Shown here piece by piece: positions 28,923 to 38,431 of a stretch of DNA of 64,000 nucleotides (positions are counted from its first letter, which is position 1; every line of letters starts with the position of its first letter). The position numbers and the translations under genes are program-made. The stretch is taken from contig OY969724.1 of NCBI GenBank assembly GCA_963702205.1, forward strand, positions 3,744,001 through 3,808,000, read 5' to 3'. The DNA is from an uncultured candidate division Zixibacteria bacterium. Lineage in GTDB: Bacteria; Zixibacteria; MSB-5A5; GN15; PGXB01. The notes under the pieces are model-generated. The model ran no database searches. It had not been told where the DNA came from and was given only the letters and a program-made list of their open reading frames with translations.

Positions 28923-30143
28923 ATGAACGATGAAAATTATAAAATATTGTGGTGGATTAAGCCGTACAATCTCATTCTCGGCCTGATCCTGCCCGTGTAT
29001 GTCCTGATTTATATTGCCGGATATTCTCCTGATAACGCTAAAAATTATTTTACGTCGTACTATTTTCTGCTCGGACTGACGTACATCCTGATATTTGCAG
29101 CGACTTGTTACATTTTTTCCAAAGTAAAAATTATACATTCATACAGAATTAAACTGCGCTTTTCTCCCGGATGGCTGGATTTCCTGGCCATTGCCACTAT
29201 CCTGGCTTATTTAATCTGGTTCTGGGACATCGTCCACAATCCCCAGCTGCTATTGTTCGTATTCGATGAATCCGTCATAAACCTCCGGCAGGAGATTTCG
29301 ACTATTCCGGGCATAACCACTCTGGTTCAGGCCGGGGTCGTCTATTCCGTATTTTATTCTATTTACCGCTGGCGCTATCGAATAAAAATGCACTGGCGTT
29401 TCCGGTGGTACATGTACGCGATCATCCTGCTGGCGGCGTTCAGGATGCTGGCCTGGTCCGAAAGGCTGGGGCTGGTCGAAGTTATTCTGCCGCTGGCCCT
29501 GGTATACCTTCCGACTCTAAACGTCAGTAAGGGCTGGAAAAGAACGGTATTGGTAGGCGCGCCGTACATCGGACTGATGCTTCTTATTATCTTTTTCGGG
29601 ATCTCCGAGTTTTTCCGTTCGTGGGCGGCTCAGGCGCAGTACGGTTCCCAGAGCCTTCCCTCTTATGTACTGGAAAGGTTTTATTTGTACTACCAAACGT
29701 CTCTCAATAACGGCAGCGGCCTGCTGACCGAATTCCCCTGGCCGGAACTTAAAGGGCAGTACACATTTTTATGGCTGTACAACTTCCCCGCCATCGGCGG
29801 CGCTTTGACTTCGTGGACGGGAATATCGCACGCCTGCGCACACTTTCTTGATATGTATGGTCGAATCGGCTTTACAACATTCAGCGCCATCTTCCCCGTC
29901 TTTTACGACTTCGGGATTCTCGGGGGATTCATCTATGCCGCCATCCTGGGCGGTTGCACCGGATTGTTTTACAGGCAATTCGAAAAAAGAAGCGGCCCCG
30001 GAATTTTTCTCTATCCCATCATGTTCATCGCCCTGACCGAAATGCTCCGGCTTTTGTATCTTGGGACCACCCGCATATTCCCGATCGTAGCAATCCTGAC
30101 ACTTGGCTATTTCATAATTCGTACCAGGGCAAAACAGGCATAG
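28923..30143 (+). CDS. wzy: Oligosaccharide repeat-unit polymerase (Wzy)
   Basis: About 10-11 TM helices, periplasmic loop, YDFGILGG; polysaccharide-locus context. Confidence 0.78.
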   Translation: MNDENYKILWWIKPYNLILGLILPVYVLIYIAGYSPDNAKNYFTSYYFLLGLTYILIFAATCYIFSKVKIIHSYRIKLRFSPGWLDFLAIATILAYLIWFWDIVHNPQLLLFVFDESVINLRQEISTIPGITTLVQAGVVYSVFYSIYRWRYRIKMHWRFRWYMYAIILLAAFRMLAWSERLGLVEVILPLALVYLPTLNVSKGWKRTVLVGAPYIGLMLLIIFFGISEFFRSWAAQAQYGSQSLPSYVLERFYLYYQTSLNNGSGLLTEFPWPELKGQYTFLWLYNFPAIGGALTSWTGISHACAHFLDMYGRIGFTTFSAIFPVFYDFGILGGFIYAAILGGCTGLFYRQFEKRSGPGIFLYPIMFIALTEMLRLLYLGTTRIFPIVAILTLGYFIIRTRAKQA

Positions 30144-30151
30144 CAATTATC

Positions 30152-31249
30152 ATGCAATCTATATATATCAACGGACGGTTCCTGACACAGCATGTCACCG
30201 GCGTCCAGCGCTATGCTCGAGAACTAATGAAGGCTTTCGATAAGATGATCGACGATGGTTCAATTGATTCCAACCTGTACAAGATTGCCATTATCACGCC
30301 TGAAACCGATCAACCCTGCGAAATTGTCAATCATATCCCGATAAAAGAAACCGGCGGTACCGGCGGCCATCTTTGGGAACAGACGACACTACCGAAATTC
30401 GCCCGCGACGGCATTCTTCTCAGTCCCGGCAACGTCGGGCCGGTGCGTCACAAAAATCACATCGTAACCATCCACGACACATCGGTTCTGGCGATGCCGG
30501 AAGCCTTTTCGTGGTCTTTTCGCACCTGGTACCGCTATATCCTAAAATCGCTTTGCCGCAACGCCCGTCATATAATCACTGTCTCGCAATTTTCTAAAAG
30601 CGAAATAATTAAATACTTCAAAGCCGACCCGGATAAAATCTCGGTCATCTATCACGGTGTTGAACACTGCCTGATCGATACCTCTTCAAGCCACATCCTG
30701 ACCAATCACGAGCTCGAAAAGGGCTCTTACGTTCTGGCGGTCGGAAGTCTGAATCTTCGCAAAAACTTTTCGGTGGTGCTCGAGGCGGCGAGCTATATCA
30801 AGAAAAGCCGATTGAAAATCGTCATCGCCGGTGAATCGAATCCCCGGATTTTCGGCAGCGCCGATTCCGGCGTCCGGGATAAGGCGTTGTGCCTGGGACG
30901 GGTTAACGATGTTGATCTGGCCGCCCTGTACGAAAACGCCGCCGCCTTCGTGTTTCCATCGCTTTACGAAGGCTTTGGCCTGCCGCCGCTCGAGGCGATG
31001 GCCCACGGCTGTCCGGTAATCGTCTCCGACATACCGCCTCATCACGAGGTCTGCGGGGATGCCGCTCTGTATTTCGATCCAAACCAACCCGAAATTTTGG
31101 CCGAGCATATCGATTCGGTAATTTCCGATAAAAATCGTCAGGCCGAAATGTCCCTAAAGTCATCGATACAAGCAGCTCTTTTCTCCTGGGACAAATGCGC
31201 CAAAACAACCTGGAATCTGCTGACAAGACTTTCTCAGAACGCCGTTTAG
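30152..31249 (+). CDS. GT4 glycosyltransferase
   Basis: INGRFLTQHVTGVQRY, FPSLYEGFGLPPLEAMA; start moved to ATG 30152, just after the wzy stop. Confidence 0.9.
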   Translation: MQSIYINGRFLTQHVTGVQRYARELMKAFDKMIDDGSIDSNLYKIAIITPETDQPCEIVNHIPIKETGGTGGHLWEQTTLPKFARDGILLSPGNVGPVRHKNHIVTIHDTSVLAMPEAFSWSFRTWYRYILKSLCRNARHIITVSQFSKSEIIKYFKADPDKISVIYHGVEHCLIDTSSSHILTNHELEKGSYVLAVGSLNLRKNFSVVLEAASYIKKSRLKIVIAGESNPRIFGSADSGVRDKALCLGRVNDVDLAALYENAAAFVFPSLYEGFGLPPLEAMAHGCPVIVSDIPPHHEVCGDAALYFDPNQPEILAEHIDSVISDKNRQAEMSLKSSIQAALFSWDKCAKTTWNLLTRLSQNAV

Positions 31250-31386
31250 CCCGACCGGAATTTTTTTCAAAGTGTCTTTGAAGATATTTCCCGATTGACC
31301 CAAATCATCTATTTTCTTCACGCAATAAAGGCGGCTATTCCATTGTCCGTCATAGACATAACATAATGCCTATTCGCCCTCGGCTT

Positions 31387-31402
31387 TGGCATAAGGATTG
31401 CC
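31387..31402 (+). promoter_or_regulatory. Putative sigma54 promoter of the wzz-like gene
   Basis: TGGCATAAGGATTGCC = GG-N10-GC. Confidence 0.65.
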
Positions 31403-31434
31403 AGAATATCTATCGGATAATAACAGGAGTTTGG

Positions 31435-32550
31435 ATGAAACGAAAATTGACTTTCAATATCCCCGATGGCGACAGCTCTCGGCCCGAAGAACGACTGACC
31501 GACGAAACCACCGGCTGGGGCATTCCGGAAATTTTAACCCACTGGCTCCATTATAAACGTTTGATTTTTGGTGTCACCGTCGCGGTTATGGTCCTGACCG
31601 CCGCTGCAATGTTTCTTCTGCCGAATACCTACACTTCGTCGTGCAGCATTCTCCCATCGGGCAACGGCGACAGCAACATCTCGCGTTTTTCGGCTCTGGC
31701 CGGGCTGACCGGTCTGGGCAGTACCGACGAGAATTCGTCCGAGCTGTTTCCAGTTATCCTGAATTCCGAAATCATCAGAGATGCCGTTTTAAATAAAGAA
31801 TATTCGATCAGCAAAGACAATGAAACGGTTCCGATAACCCTCTCCGAATATTTCGATACCGATAAACCGCGCTCGCTGCAAAACAAACTGAAAAACATCA
31901 CGACGATCACATTCAACAAGAAAACCGGTGTGATCGAAATCGCGGCCGAAACCGAACACCCGGAACTGTCGCAGGGAATTGTCGAGCAGTATTTAAATCA
32001 GCTCGAGCAGTACAACCTCCACGAACGCCGCAGCCGGGCCAAAGAAAATGCCGAATACCTGGCCGGTCAGGTCGAAAAGGTCCGGACCGAGCTCGACGCG
32101 GCAGAAGACAGCCTCGAAGCATATCAGGAAAACAACAGCGACTGGGCGATGACCTCCGACCCGCAGACTCTCAAAGACCTGGGTCGCCTGAACCGCGCCG
32201 TCAGCATAAAATCGCAGACATACTTGTACCTCATACAGGAATATGTATCGGCGAGCCTCGACGCCCAAAAAGAAGTTCCGGTCGTGCGCGTGCTCGACCG
32301 TCCCGAGTTGACCACGACTCTTACCGGACCCGGACGCCTGAAAACGACCGCTCTTTTGGGTATGATCGCCTTTTTGATAACGATCCTGCTGATCACTTCG
32401 CAAACCGTGCTTAAGCGGGAAATCGAACCCGAATCCATAAACTACCTTCGGCAGGAACTGGCCGACGCTTTTCCGAGAATCAATCGTCTGGCCGGACGCA
32501 TAAATATGCGAAACGGACTTAAGGCCGAAGAAATGGAATTGAATAAATAA
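31435..32550 (+). CDS. Wzz/GumC-type polysaccharide co-polymerase (no kinase domain)
   Basis: Two TMs flanking a coiled coil; PNTYTS, VRVLDRP; AGGAG Shine-Dalgarno before ATG 31435. Confidence 0.85.
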   Translation: MKRKLTFNIPDGDSSRPEERLTDETTGWGIPEILTHWLHYKRLIFGVTVAVMVLTAAAMFLLPNTYTSSCSILPSGNGDSNISRFSALAGLTGLGSTDENSSELFPVILNSEIIRDAVLNKEYSISKDNETVPITLSEYFDTDKPRSLQNKLKNITTITFNKKTGVIEIAAETEHPELSQGIVEQYLNQLEQYNLHERRSRAKENAEYLAGQVEKVRTELDAAEDSLEAYQENNSDWAMTSDPQTLKDLGRLNRAVSIKSQTYLYLIQEYVSASLDAQKEVPVVRVLDRPELTTTLTGPGRLKTTALLGMIAFLITILLITSQTVLKREIEPESINYLRQELADAFPRINRLAGRINMRNGLKAEEMELNK

Positions 32551-32585
32551 ACGGATATGAACACGTTTCAGGGAAGAAATACCTC

Positions 32586-34109
32586 ATGTCACCGGGCAAA
32601 TTACTACCGGCTATACTTGTACTTATCGGCGCTGCCAACGTAGCCGCCGACGTTACCTATCCGGCCGGACGGATGCCGTTTGCGCTGGATTACAATCGCC
32701 ACTATCAGACGGTCGTCCGGGAAGGACTGGTCGACGCCATCCCGGCGGTCGGGCCGTACTATTACGACCAGTTCGGCGACGAAAAGGGGCCGAATCTTTC
32801 CCCCGCTTTTTCCCTGTTGAAAGACGTCGACGATACCAAAGTCCGACTTTTTTCCATAACCTCGGAAAGACTCGTTACGAGAAAAGACGCCCGTCGACAG
32901 GACCTGTTTCTGTTTTCGGGCGGGCTGCGCTATCAGCCGTCGCGATATTTCGGCGCGGCGGTGCTGTTCAATCTCGACCGCGCCAAAGCCATTGACCCCG
33001 GCTACACCGGAAAAGTCTGGCGGGGTCTGGCCGGCGACGTGGAAACCGCCGGGCTGTTTTTCAAAAAGGGTGGCCTCTCAATCACGTTGGGTCGGCAGCG
33101 CGTCTTCTGGGGACCGCAGCCGGTGAACCTGTCAATTTCCGAAACCGCCGAACCGCTCGATCTTCTTTCGGCCGGATATAAAAAAGGCCGCCTGCGGTTC
33201 AGCTTTCTATTTGCGCGGCTCGATGAAAGCCGCCCCGATTCGACCGATATACTCAGACTGGCCGATGAAACAACCTTCAACGAGAACCGCTATCTGGTCG
33301 GGCACCGGCTCGATATTCTGTTCCATAAACATTTCCGCCTGGGGCTGTTCGAGACCATCGTTTACGGCGGCGAGGGACGCCCCCCGGAGCTGTATTATCT
33401 AAATCCACTGCAATTTTTCCACACCGCCCAGCTTAACGAAGACGAAGACGATAACACCATGCTGGGACTGGACTTCTCATATATTCCGGTCAACGAATTA
33501 CTGCTTTACGGCCAGTTGCTGGTTGATGACTTTCAGATCGACAATCGCAGCCAGGGCGATCAGGAGCCGAATGAAATCGGCTATATGGCCGGGCTGTTTA
33601 AATCCGGCCGAACCGCTTCGTTTTCGCCGGATATCAAACTCGAATACGTGCGCATAACCAACCGCACCTACCACCAAAAGCTGCCGCGCAACCGCTATCT
33701 TAACCGCAATCTTCTGATCGGGCACCCGCTGGGACCCGATGCCGATTCGCTTTCGCTCGTGGCACGCTTCTGGCCGACGCCCCTTCAATCGGCCGAACTT
33801 GAACTAGCCTGGTGCCGTCATGGGGAGGGTTCTATCTACGCCCCGTGGGATGACCCGTGGGAGCAGGCCGACGGCAACTACAGCGAACCATTCCCGACCG
33901 GGACGGTCGAGCGGAGCCTTTATACGGCCGTGCGTTTCAACGGTTATTTGCCAATTTCCGATTATTTCCGAAACCACTTGTTTTTGTCAGTCAATGCCGG
34001 GTACGGATGGATTCACAATAAAAAGAACCTTCAAAACAACAACACCGGGACGGCCTGGGTCAGCTTCATGGTTAGCTGGCTGGGATCGTTCGAATTCGAC
34101 ACGGAATAA
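32586..34109 (+). CDS. Capsule assembly Wzi-family outer-membrane protein
   Basis: LGRQRVFWGP, GHRLD, LGLFETIVYGG, YGQLLVDD, IGHPLGPDAD. Confidence 0.8.
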   Translation: MSPGKLLPAILVLIGAANVAADVTYPAGRMPFALDYNRHYQTVVREGLVDAIPAVGPYYYDQFGDEKGPNLSPAFSLLKDVDDTKVRLFSITSERLVTRKDARRQDLFLFSGGLRYQPSRYFGAAVLFNLDRAKAIDPGYTGKVWRGLAGDVETAGLFFKKGGLSITLGRQRVFWGPQPVNLSISETAEPLDLLSAGYKKGRLRFSFLFARLDESRPDSTDILRLADETTFNENRYLVGHRLDILFHKHFRLGLFETIVYGGEGRPPELYYLNPLQFFHTAQLNEDEDDNTMLGLDFSYIPVNELLLYGQLLVDDFQIDNRSQGDQEPNEIGYMAGLFKSGRTASFSPDIKLEYVRITNRTYHQKLPRNRYLNRNLLIGHPLGPDADSLSLVARFWPTPLQSAELELAWCRHGEGSIYAPWDDPWEQADGNYSEPFPTGTVERSLYTAVRFNGYLPISDYFRNHLFLSVNAGYGWIHNKKNLQNNNTGTAWVSFMVSWLGSFEFDTE

Positions 34110-34251
34110 TGAAATACGATATGCTGCCGATAGGATTAAATAAGCAAAGTTTCAGAGAATTTATCTGCCTTAGGGGGGCGATTCTCAGAATAACAACTTC
34201 GGTTGAATCCGTTTATTCATCAGCCGAAATTCGCATCTTCAGGGGTTTATT

Positions 34252-35361
34252 ATGAGCAGTTGTGTTATCTTTGGCGGGGCCGGCTTTGTCGGCACTCATT
34301 TGGCCGAACATTTTCTTAAGACGGGGCGCTTCGATAAAATCCACCTCGCCGATATCCGGCCCAGTCTGCTGGTCGGACAACCGGGCGTAACTTTCTCCAA
34401 TACCGACGTCCGTCAGCCAATCCCGACCGATTTGTGCAAATTCAAGCCGGACTGGATCTTCAACCTCGCCGCCGTCCACCGCGAACCGGGGCATATCAGA
34501 GAAGAATATTTCGAAACGAACCTGGCCGGAGCGAGAAATGTCTGCACCTACGCTGATGCAGTCGGGTGTGATAATTTATATTTCACCAGCAGCATATCTG
34601 TTTACGGCCCCACGACCGGACCGACCGACGAAAATTTCGCGATTCAGCCCTCAACCCCCTACGGCGGTTCCAAGTACCCCGCCGAACTTATTCACGAAAT
34701 GTGGCAAAAGGTTAAACCCCGACGCCGTCTGCTGATCTCCCGACCGGGGGTTTTGTATGGTCCCGGAGATCCGGGCAATATCATGCGGATGATTCAAGCC
34801 ATTTCCAAAGGATATTTCGCTTTTCCGGGGTCACCGGGGATATATAAATCGTACGGTTATATTTACGGTTTTATCGACAGCGTTGAATTTGCTATGGATG
34901 GCAATAAAGATTTCTTCGTTTACAATTACGTCGAGACGCCGACCGAACCGCTAAAAGAGTTGGTGAAAATTATCAAGCGCTTTATCGGCGCCAAGGCGGT
35001 GGTTCTTCCAATTCCGCTCTGGATTTTAAAACCGATCTCTCAACTTGTACAGGCGCTGGTTGGGTTCAGAAATCCGATTCACCCGGTGCGCGTCATGAAG
35101 GCCGCGACACCGACCCACATCATCCCCAAAGCTCTGAAAGACGCCGGGTTCGAGTTCAAATATGACTTCGAAAGTTCGCTTCGCCACTGGCTGGACGTGG
35201 CAGCCCACGATTTCGATATGATAACACGCAACGAAAAAATACCGCAATCAGTCAGAATCGTCCTTAAAAAACCGGGCGAGAATATTACTACGAAACCGCG
35301 CACCGAGGCTCCGATAAAAACCCGCCGAGCGGTTGTCGAACTCGAAGAGGAAATCGCCTGA
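34252..35361 (+). CDS. NAD-dependent sugar epimerase/dehydratase
   Basis: FGGAGFVGTHL, NLAAVHREPGH, TSSISVYG, YGGSK. Confidence 0.9.
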   Translation: MSSCVIFGGAGFVGTHLAEHFLKTGRFDKIHLADIRPSLLVGQPGVTFSNTDVRQPIPTDLCKFKPDWIFNLAAVHREPGHIREEYFETNLAGARNVCTYADAVGCDNLYFTSSISVYGPTTGPTDENFAIQPSTPYGGSKYPAELIHEMWQKVKPRRRLLISRPGVLYGPGDPGNIMRMIQAISKGYFAFPGSPGIYKSYGYIYGFIDSVEFAMDGNKDFFVYNYVETPTEPLKELVKIIKRFIGAKAVVLPIPLWILKPISQLVQALVGFRNPIHPVRVMKAATPTHIIPKALKDAGFEFKYDFESSLRHWLDVAAHDFDMITRNEKIPQSVRIVLKKPGENITTKPRTEAPIKTRRAVVELEEEIA

Positions 35362-36599
35362 TGCACGATTCTGATAATAAAGTCGATTTTTCGCAGCTAA
35401 GAGTCGCCGTCGTGCACGAATGGTTTGTCGATTATTCCGGATCGGAACGGGTCGTGGAACAGATGCTGGAACTGTTTCCGCAGGCTGACCTCTACGCTCT
35501 CGTCGATTTTCTTCCCGACGACCTGCGCTGGTTTATAAAAAATAAACCGGTGACGACTTCGTTTATCCAGAAACTCCCGGGTGCCAAAACAAAATACCGT
35601 AGCTATCTCCCTCTCATGCCGCTGGCGGTCGAGCAGTTCGACCTCTCCGATTATGATCTTGTACTGACAAGCAACCACGCCGTATCCAAAGGCGTCATAA
35701 CCAGCGCCAATCAATTGCATATATCGTACTGCCACTCGCCGATTCGCTACGCCTGGGATTTAACTCATCAATATCTGCGCGAATCCGGCCTAACCAAAGG
35801 CCCAAAAAGTTGGCTGGCCCGCTATTTTCTGCACCGCCTGCGGGTCTGGGACAATCGTACCTCTAACGGAGTGGATCATTTTATCGCCAATTCCAACTTC
35901 ATCGCGAGACGGATAAAAAAAGTCTACGGCCGCGAATCCGACGTCATCTATCCGCCGGTCGAAATAGACAAGTTCGCCTTAAGAAAAGATAAAGAAGATT
36001 TTTATTTCACGGTATCGAGAATGGTACCATACAAAAAGGTCGATCTGATCGTCCGGGCATTTTCAGAAATGCCGGATAAAAAACTGATCGTGGCCGGTGA
36101 TGGTCCGGATTTAAAAAAAATCGCACCTCTGGGCGGACCGAATGTCGAATTTATCGGTTTTCAACCGACCGAGGTAATTATTGACTTTATGCAGCGGGCG
36201 AAAGCCCTTGTCTTCGCCGCCGAAGAGGATTTCGGCATTGTCCCGGTGGAAGCCCAGGCATGCGGAACACCGGTAATTGCTTTCGGCCGAGGCGGGGTGC
36301 TCGAGACGGTTATTTCGGGTATATCCGGCCTGTTCTTCGACAAACAAACTCCTGAAAGCCTGATAGACGTTGTCCGGCGATTCGAAAAGCATCTTGAAAG
36401 TTTTGATCCGTCGATGATCCGCGCCAACGCTCTGCAGTTTTCCGTGGAAAAATTCCGCGAAAATTTTGGATCATTCGTGGAAGCCAAACTGGAAGAGTTC
36501 GACAAATTATGCCGTCAGCCCGTCCACGGCACTATCGGTCACTCGCACAAGACCGTTCATAATCCGGAGAAAAATAATTCAATTCCTTTGGAGACGTGA
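35361..36599 (+). CDS. GT4 glycosyltransferase (WbaZ-like, possible mannosyltransferase)
   Basis: VHEWF-x3-SGSERV, YCHSPIRYAWD, EEDFGIVPVEAQACG. Confidence 0.9.
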   Translation: MHDSDNKVDFSQLRVAVVHEWFVDYSGSERVVEQMLELFPQADLYALVDFLPDDLRWFIKNKPVTTSFIQKLPGAKTKYRSYLPLMPLAVEQFDLSDYDLVLTSNHAVSKGVITSANQLHISYCHSPIRYAWDLTHQYLRESGLTKGPKSWLARYFLHRLRVWDNRTSNGVDHFIANSNFIARRIKKVYGRESDVIYPPVEIDKFALRKDKEDFYFTVSRMVPYKKVDLIVRAFSEMPDKKLIVAGDGPDLKKIAPLGGPNVEFIGFQPTEVIIDFMQRAKALVFAAEEDFGIVPVEAQACGTPVIAFGRGGVLETVISGISGLFFDKQTPESLIDVVRRFEKHLESFDPSMIRANALQFSVEKFRENFGSFVEAKLEEFDKLCRQPVHGTIGHSHKTVHNPEKNNSIPLET

Positions 36600-36699
36600 G
36601 TCATTCTGCCCTTACGGGCAACCTTCTCTGAAACAAAAGACCGGAAGCTGCCGCTTCCGGTCTTTTTACACAAGAGGTATGCCTCGATTCTCGAGACAT

Positions 36700-37761
36700 T
36701 TAGTCCAGCCCGTCGTATTCTCTGGCCGATGTAATCGAAGCGCAATATTGTCTCCACCGCCCCATGAAGACCCCATATCCCGTATTTTTGACCTGCCGGT
36801 AGCGTCCGCCCAAAACGCCCAGCACGTTGCCATCGGCATCATAGTAATATCCGAGGAAAAAGCCGACCCGGCCGACAATATCAAAGGAATTGCTCATCAA
36901 AATCGGGCCGTATATGCCCTTAATCAATCCCTCGAATTGACCGGTGGCATCGATATATTTTCCATAAAACACATTTTGTTTGACGCCGTCGACTTCCACG
37001 CCCCAGGTGCCCTTCAAATGGCCCTTGAGGGAGCCGTCGGCCGAAATCCAGCGCCCCATGAAAATGCGGTTGCCTTCATCGTCACGTCCCCAGACACCGC
37101 CCAAAAATCCGCGCGGGCAGGCACCGGGTGTAAGCCTGTGCGACTGAATCGAAACGGCGTTGCCGTCGTCAAGCTCGATGACCGTATCCATCTTAATCAG
37201 GTCATTGACATTGAACGTCACGCTGTACGGAGCGGTTTCGAATGTAATCGTCTTTATATCGTCCGTTACCGACGGTGGTTGATAGACGTTGACATGCAAG
37301 CCGTCATTATGGACGGTCGTCTTTGATACGAATTCAACTACCTTTCGGTCGGTGCGCGGAATAATCCAGTCCGTGGCCGGTTCGAAACGAATGGTCCGGC
37401 GCACGACTATCGCCCCCCAGGATACCGAAAGCGATCCGTTCCAGTCGGTCACGGCTGTAACCGTGGAATCATATTCCATGCGACCCCAGACTATCCTGAC
37501 GGCATAAGCGGCGGCGGCGCTGTTTATATCGTCGTCCACAACCGGATCGGTCAGCATCGGATCATCATATTCTACGTCCGCCTGCATATCGGCCGCGAGA
37601 GCGGTCTCGCCGAACGCGGGTTGTTCATCGGTGGGCGTATAACCGCCGAACTGGTCGGCGATGCTATCCTGATTATCAGGCTGTGTTCCATTGTCGCTGC
37701 AGCCGATCACAAGTCCCAGCATGCCCAGCACCATCAGCGTTGCAAAAAGCGTCCTTTTCAT
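36700..37761 (-). CDS. Hypothetical lipoprotein (beta-rich, G-x-W/Y repeats)
   Basis: Lipobox VIGC; AGGAG Shine-Dalgarno; repeated GxWG / FxGxW/Y motifs. Confidence 0.8.
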   Translation of the reverse strand: MKRTLFATLMVLGMLGLVIGCSDNGTQPDNQDSIADQFGGYTPTDEQPAFGETALAADMQADVEYDDPMLTDPVVDDDINSAAAAYAVRIVWGRMEYDSTVTAVTDWNGSLSVSWGAIVVRRTIRFEPATDWIIPRTDRKVVEFVSKTTVHNDGLHVNVYQPPSVTDDIKTITFETAPYSVTFNVNDLIKMDTVIELDDGNAVSIQSHRLTPGACPRGFLGGVWGRDDEGNRIFMGRWISADGSLKGHLKGTWGVEVDGVKQNVFYGKYIDATGQFEGLIKGIYGPILMSNSFDIVGRVGFFLGYYYDADGNVLGVLGGRYRQVKNTGYGVFMGRWRQYCASITSAREYDGLD

Positions 37762-37812
37762 TACATGGCTCCTATCAACTAAATTAAGCTTATGGATTCA
37801 ATGTCATTTTAT

Positions 37813-37831
37813 TAAGTCAAACGGCGTGCCG
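37813..37831 (-). promoter_or_regulatory. Putative sigma54-type promoter, variant -12 (GA)
   Basis: Minus strand CGGCACGCCGTTTGACTTA; an IHF-like TAAGTCGTTGAAT lies just upstream (~37848-37860). Confidence 0.55.
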
Positions 37832-38015
37832 GAAAAAATCGTGATTGTAAGTCGTTGAATATCAACGGGGCCGGGACTTGATGCGGATGATTATTGAATG
37901 GTGGGTCGTACCTCAAGGTACAAAATCATATCAATTGCCCCGTCAGGGACAGATAATGCTGAATTTTAATGGCTGGTTCATTATTTCCGGCGGTTTTGGG
38001 GCTGTTGCCGGCCTG

Positions 38016-38261
38016 TTACATATGAGCCCAAGCCGTCTGCTCCAGAGCATTACGGATTATTTCATAAGAAATCTGCGAGGTAACATGATTGTCCTCGCCG
38101 ATTAGATTAAATCCGTCAACAACCACTTCGGGATATGAGCGCCCTGTGTTGCGCTCGACTATAATTGCGGAAATTCCCAGGTTCCGCACCGCCTGCCGAA
38201 CATAATCAGCGGTTCTGAGATGATCGGCATTATCCTTGGATAGCAGGATATTAATTTCCAT
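38016..38261 (-). CDS. Small thioredoxin/glutaredoxin-like fold protein without Cys
   Basis: GGAGG Shine-Dalgarno; MEINILL...VRQAVRNLGISA...YPEVVVDG resembles a Trx-fold pattern. Confidence 0.6.
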   Translation of the reverse strand: MEINILLSKDNADHLRTADYVRQAVRNLGISAIIVERNTGRSYPEVVVDGFNLIGEDNHVTSQISYEIIRNALEQTAWAHM

Positions 38262-38431
38262 CTCACCCCTCCGTCACCTCAATAATTGAAAATTTTTGTT
38301 GGGTGTCAACAAAAACACGGCTGCTCGAAGTCCGTAAATTTGGGCGGGCTAACGGCCATTTCTGGCACCCATTTATTAAATTAAACAAACGATTTCGCTC
38401 GACAGTTCAATAAAAACAAATTTGTCTGAAA

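Noticed and set aside
34110..34251. Possible riboswitch (two hairpins, GAGAAT/ATTCTC and TTCGGTTGA/TCAGCCGAA)
   Set aside because: No match to a c-di-GMP or other consensus I can recognise, and no U-tract; it would need an Rfam scan.
38363..38378. Additional sigma54 site TGGCACCCATTTATT
   Set aside because: No GC/GA at -12, and wrong orientation for the flanking minus-strand genes.
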